DNA of 64,000 nt from Octopus vulgaris (GCA_951406725.2 OX597814.1:174716001-174780000); one strand, 5' to 3'; shown: positions 49,575 through 62,277, counted from the first letter of the stretch. Translations and numbers: made by a program. The notes: a model not told the origin generated them from the sequence alone.

Positions 49575-51036
49575 TTTTTTATTACCGCTCTCTACACAAC
49601 TAACACTTTGTTCTAAAACATTTGTATATTGGGTTCTACACTAGGTCTCACAATGCCTAAGCGAAATTATATATATATACACTAGCTGAGATATCTAACT
49701 TAACATGGGTTTTGAAATTTGGCTCTTTATTATGTGAGGGCAAAAAGAGGGAACCAGTCCAATAATAAACCTGCCTTCAAATATTAAAATCCTTCTTGCA
49801 CAATACATGTATTACCAAATGAGGTAACTGGAGTTGTACTTTCAAACATAAAAGTTAACAATCTGATTAACAGAGCATAACACATGAATATTTTATGAGT
49901 ATAAACACATTAAATGCAAAGCAAAGAATAAATTATATTATGTTCTGCTTTCTCCAGATTACATCATTAGTTTATTGTTATAATTTATTTCAGCCTCACT
50001 CCATACCACCATCACTGCATATAGTATCATCAACACTATGACCAAAATGTCTAGGATCACTCTCACCATCACTACTTCTAGTACCTTGATATTAGTGGAT
50101 TCTCCTGTCAGGTTTCACATATGAAGGTTTAACAGCTAATATTATAGCTGCTAGACTACCCACACAAATGATGTTTGCAGTGGCTTGTGTAGAACTGGCC
50201 ACACGTTTTGGAAATACTGATAGCAGAATGTTAGTGCAAATGTTTGCTACAAACTCAATGAACAATGCATTTCAGGTTGTTCTATTAGAGTTCTCCATCT
50301 TCTGAGGTAGTTGCTTTAGTCCAACCTATCCTAGTTGGCTAAATGTACACTTGGGCACCAAACCAGAAAATTCTAAATCCTTGCACATACCTTAATATTG
50401 CTCCTCTACTAAATGAACTCAAAATTAAGTCCTCCCTTAAGAAGAGACAACTATAAAAATTACATATCTAACATTAAAAAAATCAAGGAAGATTCACAAA
50501 ATATATTTTGGTTTGTAAGTTTAAATACAAAGTTTTTAAATTATCACGGAATAAGCAAAGAAGAGATCTCAACATTCTAGTTTCCAATGGATAAACTCTG
50601 ATTGTTCTATTGTCATAAGATAAAAATCAAAGAAGTAGCTAATTGTAATTTATTTTCTTTTTAATAGTTTTAGTTAAATGAGATGAGATGGCAACCAAAA
50701 TAATTTTTTGCAGGTTTTCTGAGAGTGGTGGAAAGAAACAGCCACCCTAGGTTATATTCTGCTTTCTCTAGATTACATCATTAGTTTAAGAAGTTCATTA
50801 TAGATTTTATGAATTATCTTCAGATCACAGACCTGATCTTTATACTTGCAATAGTGGACACCATTAAAGTGGTGGTGTTAAACCAGATTACTGGTTAAGT
50901 CTACCACTAAAAGACTGGCACAATGTATCTGACAGTGTATATAGCTTTTATCTACTTAGTTTCACTCACAGTTGATCCTTGAGAATGTTAAATAAAACAA
51001 ATGAAAGGAAATTCATTTTTGCAGCTGCGAATCAAA

Positions 51037-51281
51037 TTTCTTGCCAAATGGGATACATGATACCTGATTTCTTTGCCAAACAACTATATATCACCCTTTC
51101 TTTTTCTGATGGCTATATAATATACTTTCTTGCCAAGTAGGTGTATAATTTCTCACTTCCTTGCCAAATAGGTATATAATATTACACTTGCATGCCAGAT
51201 TGGTATAATATCCCACTTTGTTGCCAAATAGTTGTATGATATCCTGCTTCCTTGCCAGATAGGTATATATTATCCCACTTC
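51037..51281. repeat. Degenerate ~30-bp minisatellite, ~8 units
   Basis: Consensus approximately TTYCTTGCCAAATAGGTATATAATATCCCAC. Confidence 0.85.
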
Positions 51282-51627
51282 TTTTGAATTAGGGAGCTGA
51301 AATATCAGTGAATAATTGAAAGTAGATTTCCTTTTGTAGTACTATAGAAACAGCAATAATAAAAATTAGTTACTTTAGTTGAATCAAATTTCTTTTTATT
51401 CATTTATGCTTTTATACTCTTATTTTGGAGGTGTACTTGTCTGGCAAGTGATTTGATCTGAGATAGTTTTATTGAAACTAAAACACTTACAGCATAGAAG
51501 ACACATGTTAGTCATTCAAAAACAGGAAACAGAAACTCTTGACTTAAACATTTATTATTGGTGTCCAAATTTTTGTTGGTCATCTGCAACCTGGTCACTA
51601 ACATGGTTCCACTGCAACATCAAATAA

Positions 51628-51854
51628 TATATTTCTTTACTGCCCACAAGGGGCTAAACATAGAGGGGACAAATAAGCACAGACTAAGGGATTAAGTCAA
51701 TTACACTGACCCCAGTGCGAAACTGGTACTTTATTTAATCGACCCCGAAAGGATGAAAGGCAAAGTCGACCTCGGCAGAATTTGAACTCAGAATGTAACG
51801 ACAGACGAAATACAGCTACGCATTTCGCCCGTTGTGCTAACGTTTCTGCCAGCT
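51628..51854 (-). mobile_element. SINE family B
   Basis: Colinear with 40785-41016 in reverse. Confidence 0.87.
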
Positions 51855-52671
51855 AAATAGTTAACAGTTTTTGTCTGGTTTTGAATGACTAATTTGTGTC
51901 TTTTACATTGTAATTGTTTATGCTTTTACTTATACTTTTATTTATATATATTTTTATACTTTGACTTTTCTTCTTTATGATTGTGGTGTTTCAATTCACC
52001 CTTTTTATCATACCAGAATAATGATATGCATTATGGTAAAGTGTATCAAGTTAATCTGGAGTGTTAGTAGTGTTGACATTAATAGGAACTGATAAACTGA
52101 TTAGAAAACACCAGTCACAGCTAATCCATTTGTAATCATATTTCTAACGAAATATAACTGCTTTAATTGGTATTGGAAATAATCAGTAATTTGGAAGGAT
52201 TTAATAAAATAACTAACTTCTTCATTATTAAATAACTCATCTCTCTGACAAAATGTTTGGCAAGTAGGCACCTATCACTGAGGATGTACAGTACACTGAA
52301 ATCACATGATTTGACAGTTTCAGTGCTCATACCAGATGATTCTTGTCTGTTAATGATATATGTATGTATGCTCTTAACGTGGTGCATCTCTATGAAAGGT
52401 TCTCTCTGAACAAATACTGCAGTATTTGGCATTCTAACAATGCTTCTACATTGAGTAAGATATAAAGATTGCCATTAGAATTCTCTTCTTCCTCACAGCA
52501 TAAACACTTATTCCACTATTTGAACCTTTTGTCATTAGTAAGCTTGTGGTTTAGGTTGTAGACTGGCGGAATTGTTAAAGTGTTATTTAGCTACAACACT
52601 TTATATTCTGAATTTGAATCCTTTGATGGCATCTTAGATTTTTATCCCTCTAAAGTAGATAAAATATGCCT

Positions 52672-52945
52672 GGGAATATGGCGTAGTGGTTAAGAGTGTG
52701 GGCTACTAACCCCAAGATTCTGAGTTCGATTCCAAGCAGTGACCTTCAATAATAATAATAATAATTAATAATATCGAAAAATACCTTAGGAATGAGAACC
52801 CAGATTTGAAATTTCCCCAAGACACCTGACGAAGACTGGAGGGTATATCAGCTGAAATGTTGTGTTAACAACAAACAAGATGAGTACAAATATCCATCAA
52901 ATGTAAATAATGTACATAATTCCTCATCTCTTAAATATAGAACTG
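52672..52945 (+). mobile_element. tRNA-headed SINE carrying a minimal hammerhead-ribozyme motif
   Basis: A box TGGCGTAGTGG, B box GAGTTCGATTCC, (AAT)n linker, then GACAC-CTGACGA-A-GACTGG..TCAGCT-GAAA-TGTT-GTGTT at 52821-52866. Confidence 0.75.
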
Positions 52946-53057
52946 TGTCAAAAAAATACATAAAAAAAAAGACCAACAAATTATCAGTATGCAGACAAAA
53001 TCATTGATGCACTCCAGTATAATCTTATTCTGTGGAATGGACAAGATGGGTATTGTA

Positions 53058-53630
53058 GTCAGGCAGTCCTGGCAACAACTATGCTCAAAAGGTGTTTTTT
53101 ACATGCCACCTGCATGGGAGTCAGTCCGGCAGCACTGGCAACGACCATGCTCGAATGTTGTTTTTCACATGCTGCCGACACATGTGCCAGTAAGGCAATG
53201 CTGGCAACGATCATGCTTGGATGGAGCATTTTACATTTCACCGGCACGGGTGCCAGTCAGTGGCCCTGGCAGCGATCATGCCCAGATGGTGCTTTTAACG
53301 TTCCACTGGCACAAGTGCCAATCAGGCGGTACTGTCATTGGCCATGTCAGTGATTTTGATTTCACTTGCCATAACAGGTCTTCGCAAGCAAAGTTTATTG
53401 TCCAATAAACAAAGGGTACTCATAAGTAAGCTGGTTATACGCCACTGGCATAGACCACGAGTTATGGTCTCACTTGGCTTGTCGGGTCTTCTCAAGCACA
53501 GCATATCTCCAAAGGTTTCGGTCACTAGTCATTGCCTCGGTGATGCCCAATGGTCGAAGGTTGTGCTTCACCACCTCATCCCAGGTCTTACTGGGTCTAC
53601 CTCTTCCCCAGATTCTCTCAACTGCTAGAG
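53058..53630 (-). mobile_element. RTE LINE 3' fragment (tail lost)
   Basis: GRGRPSKTWDEVVKH-type coding end plus at least 4 UTR tandem units. Confidence 0.85.
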
Positions 53631-55508
53631 TTCTTCTCTAGCACCTTTGTTTGAGAGAAGTATGCTTACAATATAGCTTATTAACAAAAATATTTGATTC
53701 CTACTTTAAAATTATTATGCTTTCATATGTGAGCAACATAAACTGAAATTCATGTCTACATTTAAAAAGAAAAATCTTTTAATGATACCATTCTTTGATA
53801 CAAAGAGCCGATATTGTAAGAGATAGGACCAGCACAAACAGCCAATGTTGTCAGAGAAAGTATTATATTCAAGTGATTCAATCCCAGAATTGAATTGAAC
53901 TGTAGCGATGGCTTAGAGTTCAGTGTAAGCCCTAATTCATTATTCAAAGTAGAATGATTACTAATCAAAGTCAGAGGATTTTTATACTGTTTACTAATTC
54001 AAATCTTTATTTGCTTTAGATATAAAGGTTTAGCCATAATCTTTAAAATAATCTTATGAAAGTGCAAATGGGGCAGTTTAGATGAAATTAATGTCATGGG
54101 CTTAATTCACCTAGAAATTTGTTTGGTGGTAAATTGTTGCACATTTAAGCACCAAGAGGATATCCATGTACAATAATAGATATCCATCTACAGTAAGGAA
54201 TTTTGCTTGGATAGAGAAATAGAGGACTAATCTAGACAGATCAGCCAATGTGTGTACGTGTGTGTAAAAGCGGTCAGCTTACAATAAAATTGGAAGAATG
54301 GTAAGTGGTAATTAGCTGAGTGAATTATAGAATTTTGAAATTGTAGCCAAAGTTATTGCAATCCTAATAATATATATTGATAATATACCTTAGAGAACTG
54401 GATCTAAATATTGAATTACTGATCTGTTCATTTCCAGTTGATGCCTGCATCAGAAATATAACTTCAGAATATTGAACATGATGAAAACTGTTTGCTGTCT
54501 ATGTGAATTATAGCTTCAAAATGCAGTGTGTGTGTGTGTGTGTGTGTCTGTGTTCCTACTATTGTTTTCTTATCTAAATGTAATATTGACTGAATTTAGC
54601 TTACACGTCTTCACATTTATGTTCAAATCTGTCTGTCTCGGACACCTTTACTGTTTGGCCTTCCAAGGACCAACTGTTGTTTTGCTCCAGGTCAAGTCTT
54701 GTCAAACAGGTTTAAGATCAATGGCATTCCAAGCTGGACCACCTAGTATTTAACTCAAACATAATGTACTTAGGGCTACATTATCCCATATGTCTTTCTT
54801 TTTTAAGATGATAATGAATGAGGGCAATTCGTTTTTTATTTTTATCAATTTGAGTGACCACTTAGAGGCTCCTGCAATAGCTTGATAATTACTTGTTAAT
54901 CAACTGAATCACTTCCCCAATAAATGTGACCTTATACCACAAATTTATTGGGAAAGGCAGTGAGCTGGCAGAATCATTAGTACAGTGGACAAAATTCTTA
55001 GTAACTTTAATTGTCCTTTATTTTTGCAGGATTTGTAAAAATAAGTACCAGTTATAATCTAAGATTGTTTCAGTTGTTTTTGCCTTTAAAATATTCTGCT
55101 TTCTGCTTGATTAAAAGAAATAGTCTCTAACATGTACTCTTTTACTTTATCATCGGACCATGACCACACCAACTTGAAAGATTTAGTCAGTCATATTGAC
55201 CCCATCACTTATTTTAAGTCAGTTATTTATCTAATCATTTTCTATTTGCCAAACCAGTAACTTACAGGACATGAGAGCTCCAGTTCTTAATCAATGCTAA
55301 CACACACACACACACACACACCAGGTTTCCGTATTGTTTCCATCTACCAAATTTCACTTGCAAGGTATTGGGTCATCTGAGCCTATAGTTGAAGATGCTT
55401 GCTCATGATGCAACACAGTGGGATTGAACCTGAAACCATGTGGTTACAAAGCTAATTTTTTAATCACATAGCCATATTCATACCTGTATGTATAAATAAC
55501 ATTGTGTA

Positions 55509-55838
55509 TAGGTGCATGGCTCAGTGATTAGAACGGTGGGCTCACAATCATGGAATAGTGAGTTTAATTCCTGGACCAGGCTGTGTATTGTGTTTTTGAA
55601 CAAGACACTTTATTTCACATTGCTCCAGTTCACTCAGCTGTAGAAATGAGTTGTGATGTCACTGGTGTCAAGCTGTATCAGCCTTTGTCTTTCCCTTGGA
55701 TAATATTGGTGATATGGAGAGGGGAGGCTGGTATGCATGGGTGACTGTAAGTCTTTCATAGACCTTGCCTGGACTTGTGCCTCAGAGGGGAACTTTCTAG
55801 ATACAATCTCATGGTCATTCATGACTGAAGGGGATCTT
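55509..55838 (+). mobile_element. SINE family E-related
   Basis: Head GTGCATGGCTCAGTGATTAG..GAGTTTAATTCC and CAAGACACTTTATTTCACATTGCTCCAGTTCACTCAGCTG; 3' part differs from the 41950 copy. Confidence 0.75.
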
Positions 55839-56058
55839 TCAATAAAAAATATTGCTTTATGTATTAGATTCACGTCTTTGAAAGTTTTTAAAAATATTTA
55901 CATCCAGTTTTCTAGCATCAGTGATGTAACAACTACATTTGGCTCCATATCATAAATAAAAGAGTGTTTAAATTTTTTGGAACTTTGCTTTTTGTGTTTC
56001 TTTAAAGGATTTCTGTTACTAAATCGAATGTAAAAGAAACAACTAAAGTCTCCCAGTA

Positions 56059-56199
56059 TCTATCTATCTCTCTATATCAATATATCTCTCTATCCATGTC
56101 TCTCTATCTGTATCTCTCTATCCATTTCTCTCTATATCTATCTATTCCTCTGTATCTGTCTGTCTATATCTTATCTATCTTATTTGTTTGTCTAACTAG

Positions 56200-56263
<64 letters not shown>

Positions 56264-57246
56264 TCACTCTCTATTGTTTTCACTTTCCTTTTACAGATGC
56301 TATTGTTTTCACTTTAAATTTTCAGATGCCATTGTTTCACTTTAAGTTCATTCGCTATTCTTTTCACTGTAAATTTTCAATCGCTATTTACAAACAACAG
56401 ACAAATTTCTGACAGAACGTTCACAATTACTAATGAAAGTAATTTCATAATTTGCTAACAGAAGTAACAAAAATTTCACTTAAATCCATACTCTTAGTTA
56501 ATTTCCTTAAAAATTTCTTATTTACTTTTGCAACAGTTTTGTTTTGATTTTTTTCCTGTTGTTGATGTTTTTTTTTCTGGTTCCTTCGATACTGGCTCTT
56601 TGGTTCACTGAGTGACAAATTTTACTTCAAACCGTACAATTCTTTATTTTCCAAAAAAATTTCTTATCTACTTTCTGCTTATCATATTAAGAAACATAAT
56701 TTTTATTCATAAGTTATTTTCATTGTTTACTATCTTCTGCAATGGTGTATTTCTGTATACATATATAACCATGCATAGAAGAAAAGTCTCAAAATTGTCT
56801 ACAATGTCAAGGTCAGCCAAAAGAATGTCCCTGTCCAGGGAAAGAGTGACAGCTGCAGAAAGGGAAGCATGCCAAGAAACGAACAGACTGCACTACAAAA
56901 CCCAGAGCATCTCAAAGTGATGAACAGAGGTATGCACGGCAGACAAGGAACAGGATTTCCATTGTAGAACAAAGAGCAGTTGCAACAGCTCAGAGAAGCA
57001 ATTTCTATGAAGTATCTTTCAATTATGATCCAACAGTTAGTTCATTATGCAGATGACACTAGAGTTTCCATTGGTGCAATGACAGAGTGCATTTATTGTA
57101 AAGTGAGGAAGTGGTCTGGTAAAACACCTGTACTGTGCTGCAGTGGTGGAAAGGTTAAACCCCCTGCAATCTCCCAACCTCTAAATCCGGCATTTTTAAA
57201 TTTCATTATTTTCTTTAACCTGAGCAATGCCAGGTATTTCTGCTAG
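56059..57246 (+). mobile_element. Non-autonomous Helitron with a Rep/Hel N-terminal remnant
   Basis: Probable 5' A|TC start. From ATG 56771: MHRRKVSKLS..SRSAKRM..R..EREA, then VSIGAMTECIYCKVRKWSGKTPVLCCSGGKVKPP (Helitron CxxC..W..CC..GKV zinc motif). 3' hairpin ACCTG-AGCAATGC-CAGGT (~57218-57235) followed by CTAG at 57243-57246. The 5' boundary is uncertain within the microsatellite. Confidence 0.87.
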
Positions 57247-57500
57247 GTGTGCAGGTGACATGTAAAAAAAAAAACATGATTTTTTTCGTGGCTGTAGCCA
57301 GTACCACCTGATTGGCCCACGTGCATGTAAAAGCGCCCACTACACTCTCGGAGTGGTTGGCGTTAGGAAGGGCATCCAGCTGTAGAAACTCTGCCAGATC
57401 AAGATTGGAGCCTGGTACAGCCATCTGGTTCGCCAACCCTCAGTCAAATCGTCCAACCCATGCTAGCATGGAAAGCGGACGTTAAACGATAATGATGATG
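57247..57500 (+). mobile_element. RTE LINE 3' tail fragment
   Basis: Standard RTE tail ending in (GAT)n, directly after the Helitron CTAG. Confidence 0.85.
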
Positions 57501-57813
57501 CAACCTTAATGTCTGAAGCTCCTATGAAGCTACAGGGTGACACTCAAGCATTCATCTATGAGTGCACTGCATCTCATTGCAGAAACAACTGCAAGCTAAT
57601 GAAGTTCATAATGTAGTTGTTTATTCCTTTGTTGTTTAAATTTCTTATTACCACTCTGTACTAACTGGCACTTTATTCTGAAGCACACATATATTGACTT
57701 CTTACAACAAGGTTATTAGTATCACATTGCCTAAGCAAAATATTAAAATACATACAACTTATATATATATATATATATATATATACACAACCAAAATATA
57801 TACACAACCTGTA

Positions 57814-57869
<56 letters not shown>

Positions 57870-59496
57870 CACACACACACATACACTATATATGTACAAC
57901 CTGTGCATATATATAGTCAATTAAAACTAAAAATATAGTGCATATGGAAATTCTTTTATAAAACAAAATATAATGTTCAGTGTGATGGTGATTCTTTTAT
58001 GGATTTCAAAAAAGAAAAAAAATTTAAATGCAGTAATTAGCTTTCTTTGCATTAATTATTTTAGCAAAGGAAACAATGCCACTGAATTCACTATTGTGAT
58101 AAAAATTCTTTTGATAATCTCAGAGAAATAAATAAATAAATGAAATAAAATAAAATGAATAAATAAATAATTTTATTCCATGCGTAGTTTAAATGAACTG
58201 TTGAGAATTCGGTGCTTGTATGCTGAACAGAGTAGCATGTCAATCAATAGGTGTTCAATGTACCTGTATTTGTTCAGATCATAACCAGTAGTAGTAGCAG
58301 CAACAGCAGTTGTAGTTGTTGTTACCACTGTTGCCTAATTAAGCTCTATCAATAAGGCACACTTCTCTTAGAATGATTGCATTGATTTGTCTTCTAGTGA
58401 AAATGTGTTTAAACCAAGCCTAGTTATTGAAAACATTTTTTTCTTTCTTTTCCTTTGCCTTTTTAATATTAAAATAAGGCTCATCTTGAAAGGAAAGTAA
58501 TTGAAAGAAAAGGCTAATGGAAAATAACTTGGTTAATTATAATTTAAACACTGCTTTTGGTATCTTTTGTTATATTTGGGAGGGCTGAGGTAGAAAATAA
58601 AAATAGAAAACTGCCAAACAAACAAGCAAAAAAAAAAGTAATAGTTTTCTGTGCATGGATAGAATTAATTGAAAGTTGTAGTTGGTGTTAGTTAGACTGC
58701 ATGTCAGTTCATCATCATGATCATTATCATGTGTCCATTTTTCCATGTTGGCATGCATTGATTGGATGGATCTAACAGCATCTGGTTGAGGTCTGCATCA
58801 TCTAGCGTACACAGCAAGAGAAAAATCACCCAACAGTGTTGTATGTATCTTATAGTGTGGAGTGTGTGTATTTTAATGTCCCACTAGCAGTGGAAATGTT
58901 ATCAACAACAATACTACAGAGCTTATTCAATGATGTAATAGTTCTGGTTTAGAGTTGTTGGCTTGCTAGACAGATAACCTGCTATGCGACTTGTGAGGCC
59001 AACATCTTGTTCATATATTCTATTTTTTTGATATGGTTTCTATAGCTGGATGCCCTTCATATCAGCAACTACTTTACAGCACATCAGCCAGCCAGATACT
59101 TTCCCTGTGTCTTGGTGTCAGCTTGCAAAGACTCTCCAGTTCCCTCTGTGTTGTGCTGCATGCATACAATCATCGAGGCTTTTGTTTCCAGCCCATTCTT
59201 TGATATCAACTGTCTGCAAGTGTCTTTAACAGCCTCTTGCTCTCTTTCTTTCAAGATTTCTTACAAGAATAGCCATGGGTAGTGACTCATGACACATTGT
59301 ATGTCCAAAAGATGATAGCTTTGTGGACTTGATTCTTGACATTAGGTATCTTTTGACTTGTAGTTTAGCTTTTCTACTACTGCTTTATTTGTTACTACAG
59401 CATTTTTACCTTATCATGCTCAAGCTGTGAAAAAGATTCACGTCTCAAAAGCTTCTATCTTGCAGATGAAAATTTACTTAATACTATAGTTTATTA

Positions 59497-59711
59497 ATAA
59501 TAAATCTCTGAATGGGGTATAAACAGAAGCTGCACGACAATGTGAAGTATATTTGCCACTTAAACGTGGCTAACCACTAAAGGTGGATGCTACTGTAGCT
59601 TGTAGCCCTAGGGGAACATCTTCTCCAGCTGGCTGGAGATGTTCTCCTGGGGCTACAATATCATCCACCCTTAGTGGTTAGCCACATTTAAGTGGCAAAT
59701 ATACTTCACAT
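59497..59711 (-). mobile_element. Fold-back insertion with a 12-bp TSD
   Basis: Palindrome 59539-59712 with almost no loop (TCCAGC-TG-GCTGGA), one-sided unique segment 59497-59538, and direct repeat TATAGTTTATTA at 59485-59496 and 59712-59723. Confidence 0.85.
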
Positions 59712-59833
59712 TATAGTTTATTAGTCTCAGTTTTATATGCAGCATTATGTTTCTTGAAGTGAAGATTTTTTTCCATTTTTACAAATGTTGTTTTAGAATT
59801 ATTCTTTAAATAATTTCTTCTTTGCAGCATTAT

Positions 59834-60275
59834 TTAGCCCCTTAGCATATACATTATTTACAAATGTAATGGTTATTATTCACATTATTTTGAATCAATC
59901 ATGCATTATCTTGTAGCTTCAAGATTTCAATAATGTGATTATTCATTTTTAAAATGACATTGTATGGTAGGTATGAAAGATCAGATCTGGTCAGTTTGTC
60001 ATAAAACAGGTAGAATATTTGGGCCAGATATAGTCAGTTTAACCCTTAGTATTTAAACCGGACATTTCCGGCCCAAATAGTCTACTTGTTTTATGTTCAG
60101 ACTGGCCATATTCAGCCTCTCACACCTACCATCCAATGTCATTCTAAAAATAAGCAACCACATCATCAAAATCTTAAAGCTACAAGATAATGCATGATCA
60201 CTTCAAAACAGTGTGAATCAAAAAGCATTAAATTTGATGGAGTACTCTGAATATTAAAGGGTTAAATGCTGCAGG
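59834..60275. mobile_element. Two piggyBac M2 MITEs, one nested inside the other in opposite orientation
   Basis: The inner copy is bounded by TTAA at 60039-60042 and 60262-60265; the outer copy resumes afterwards (TTAAATGCT..GG). Confidence 0.82.
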
Positions 60276-61518
60276 ACCAGTGAGAAGTGATATCTTTGGT
60301 GGGCCATAGAGACTCATCTCTCCATAATGCTGCTAAAACTACCACACAGACCATTACATGGTGTTATATACAGTGTAATCCTGACGTTTGACCAGCTAAC
60401 CATTGATTGTAATAGACAGTGATGCAGGCATTGCTCTTGTTCACATTTTCCATATATGCTTATTTAATGTTCCCCACTTTGCCTCTGCAAACCACAGTCA
60501 GTCGTAGCTTATATTTTGTAACAGTCATATTTGAAAGTCATTGCCATCTCTCACTAGCAATATTTTTTTTTTCTTTAGGTATTTCTTTTTTACTTCATAT
60601 GGCTTTCACTGCTAATAACCGTAGGCTTATATATTTAAATTTTATATATAATATGTTTTATGAATAGTAGCATCATCAGTTATAGGTTTTCAGGAGGCTA
60701 ATCTGGTTCATTGTATAACCAATGGCAGAGTGACAAGAGAGTTTTAGTATTACTCAAGTGGAATAAATATCACAAGAAAAATTTTTTTCATCATGCTAGT
60801 TTATTGGCAATTTCTCACCAATGGGCATGTGTGTGTGTATGTGTGTAAAAAGAAAACAAGCAAAGAGTGGCTACTGGTATGTATTTGAGCAACAAAGATG
60901 AATAAGATCATGTTAAATAACTTACAATTGAAATTATCTCCATTTTCAGAGAAGACGAATCATTTAGTGGGAAAATTAATACCAATTGTAATTTCAAAAA
61001 GGGGAGATAATCTCAAGAATTTCTCCAAAATTGACTTGCTTTTAAGAAAAACATAGTTTGGTTGTTTGAAGACAAAAGAACAGCTGTCAACATGTTTCTG
61101 TCTCAATAGGCATCATCTAATGCAGTTGTCCTACCTTATTTCCAGCAGTTAGGATACTTGGACATATCACAATAAAAAAAAAAGAGTATAACACATATAT
61201 GGCCTACGTAATTTGCATAAATGAAATGAAAATGCGCTAAAAGAAATGCTATAGTGGCTAGTGACAGGTATTTGAACAACAAACACAAGTAATGTTACAT
61301 TAAATAACATGCAAGATAAATTTTATTGTTTTGTGAAATATTTTTGCCCCTACAGAGGATGCACAAATCAGTACTTAGATTTTTTCTTTCTTCTTTCTCT
61401 TTTTAAGTTTCATACTTCACACTTATTATATAGGATTCTTTTGCTTAACCACTACACTACATGCATCTAAACAAAACACTTGCTGTCAAGCAGTGGCAAG
61501 ACACACAGACATTTGTAT

Positions 61519-61551
<33 letters not shown>

Positions 61552-62075
61552 CACACACACAATGGTCTTCCACACAGTTTCCGCCTACCAAATTCACTCA
61601 CAGTGCATTGGTCAGCTTTGGGTTATAGTAGACATTTGCCCAGTGTGTTGGCCAGATTTAGTTGCACAGCGAGTCTGTACCTACACATAATCATATTATC
61701 TAATATGTCCTGCTATTTCTTAGTAAACTGAAAAGCTACATATTGGCTTCCTTATTTTTTTTTTTATCTTAAAATGGTAATTCACTGTAGCTGAAGCTCA
61801 TGAAAATTATTTCAAATTTGAAGAATAAATAAACTTTGTGAAACCAGATTGTTATGGTGTTTTAATATAGCTAGAATATCGGCAATTGATGCTAAAATCC
61901 AATAGTAAGCTATAAAGAATACAATGAGCATTTATAATTTATTTATAGAAATGGTGTTGATAGCCATTTGAACAATAGTGGTTGCTGTCCTTGGTACGCC
62001 TATAATCTAGACAACAGGAAAAACATACTCTTTTATGCTTTCCATGGTTTTTATTGTAATGAAACTAGGAAAGTG

Positions 62076-62229
62076 CTAAGGTAGTGAACTGACAGAATCT
62101 GAACATGCTAACATGTCCAGATAAAGTGCCTTGTGGTATTTTAGTTCAATTTCACTTTCATCCTTTCTGGATTGGCAAATAAAGTGCCAGTTTGCACAGG
62201 GATCAATTCCACAATCCACCCCCACCATT

Positions 62230-62277
<48 letters not shown>

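Noticed and set aside
52672-52745. Functional tRNA genes (also 11491, 41950, 43733, 55509)
   Set aside because: Stems are imperfect and each head continues into a repeat body, in one case with a TSD. They are SINE heads.
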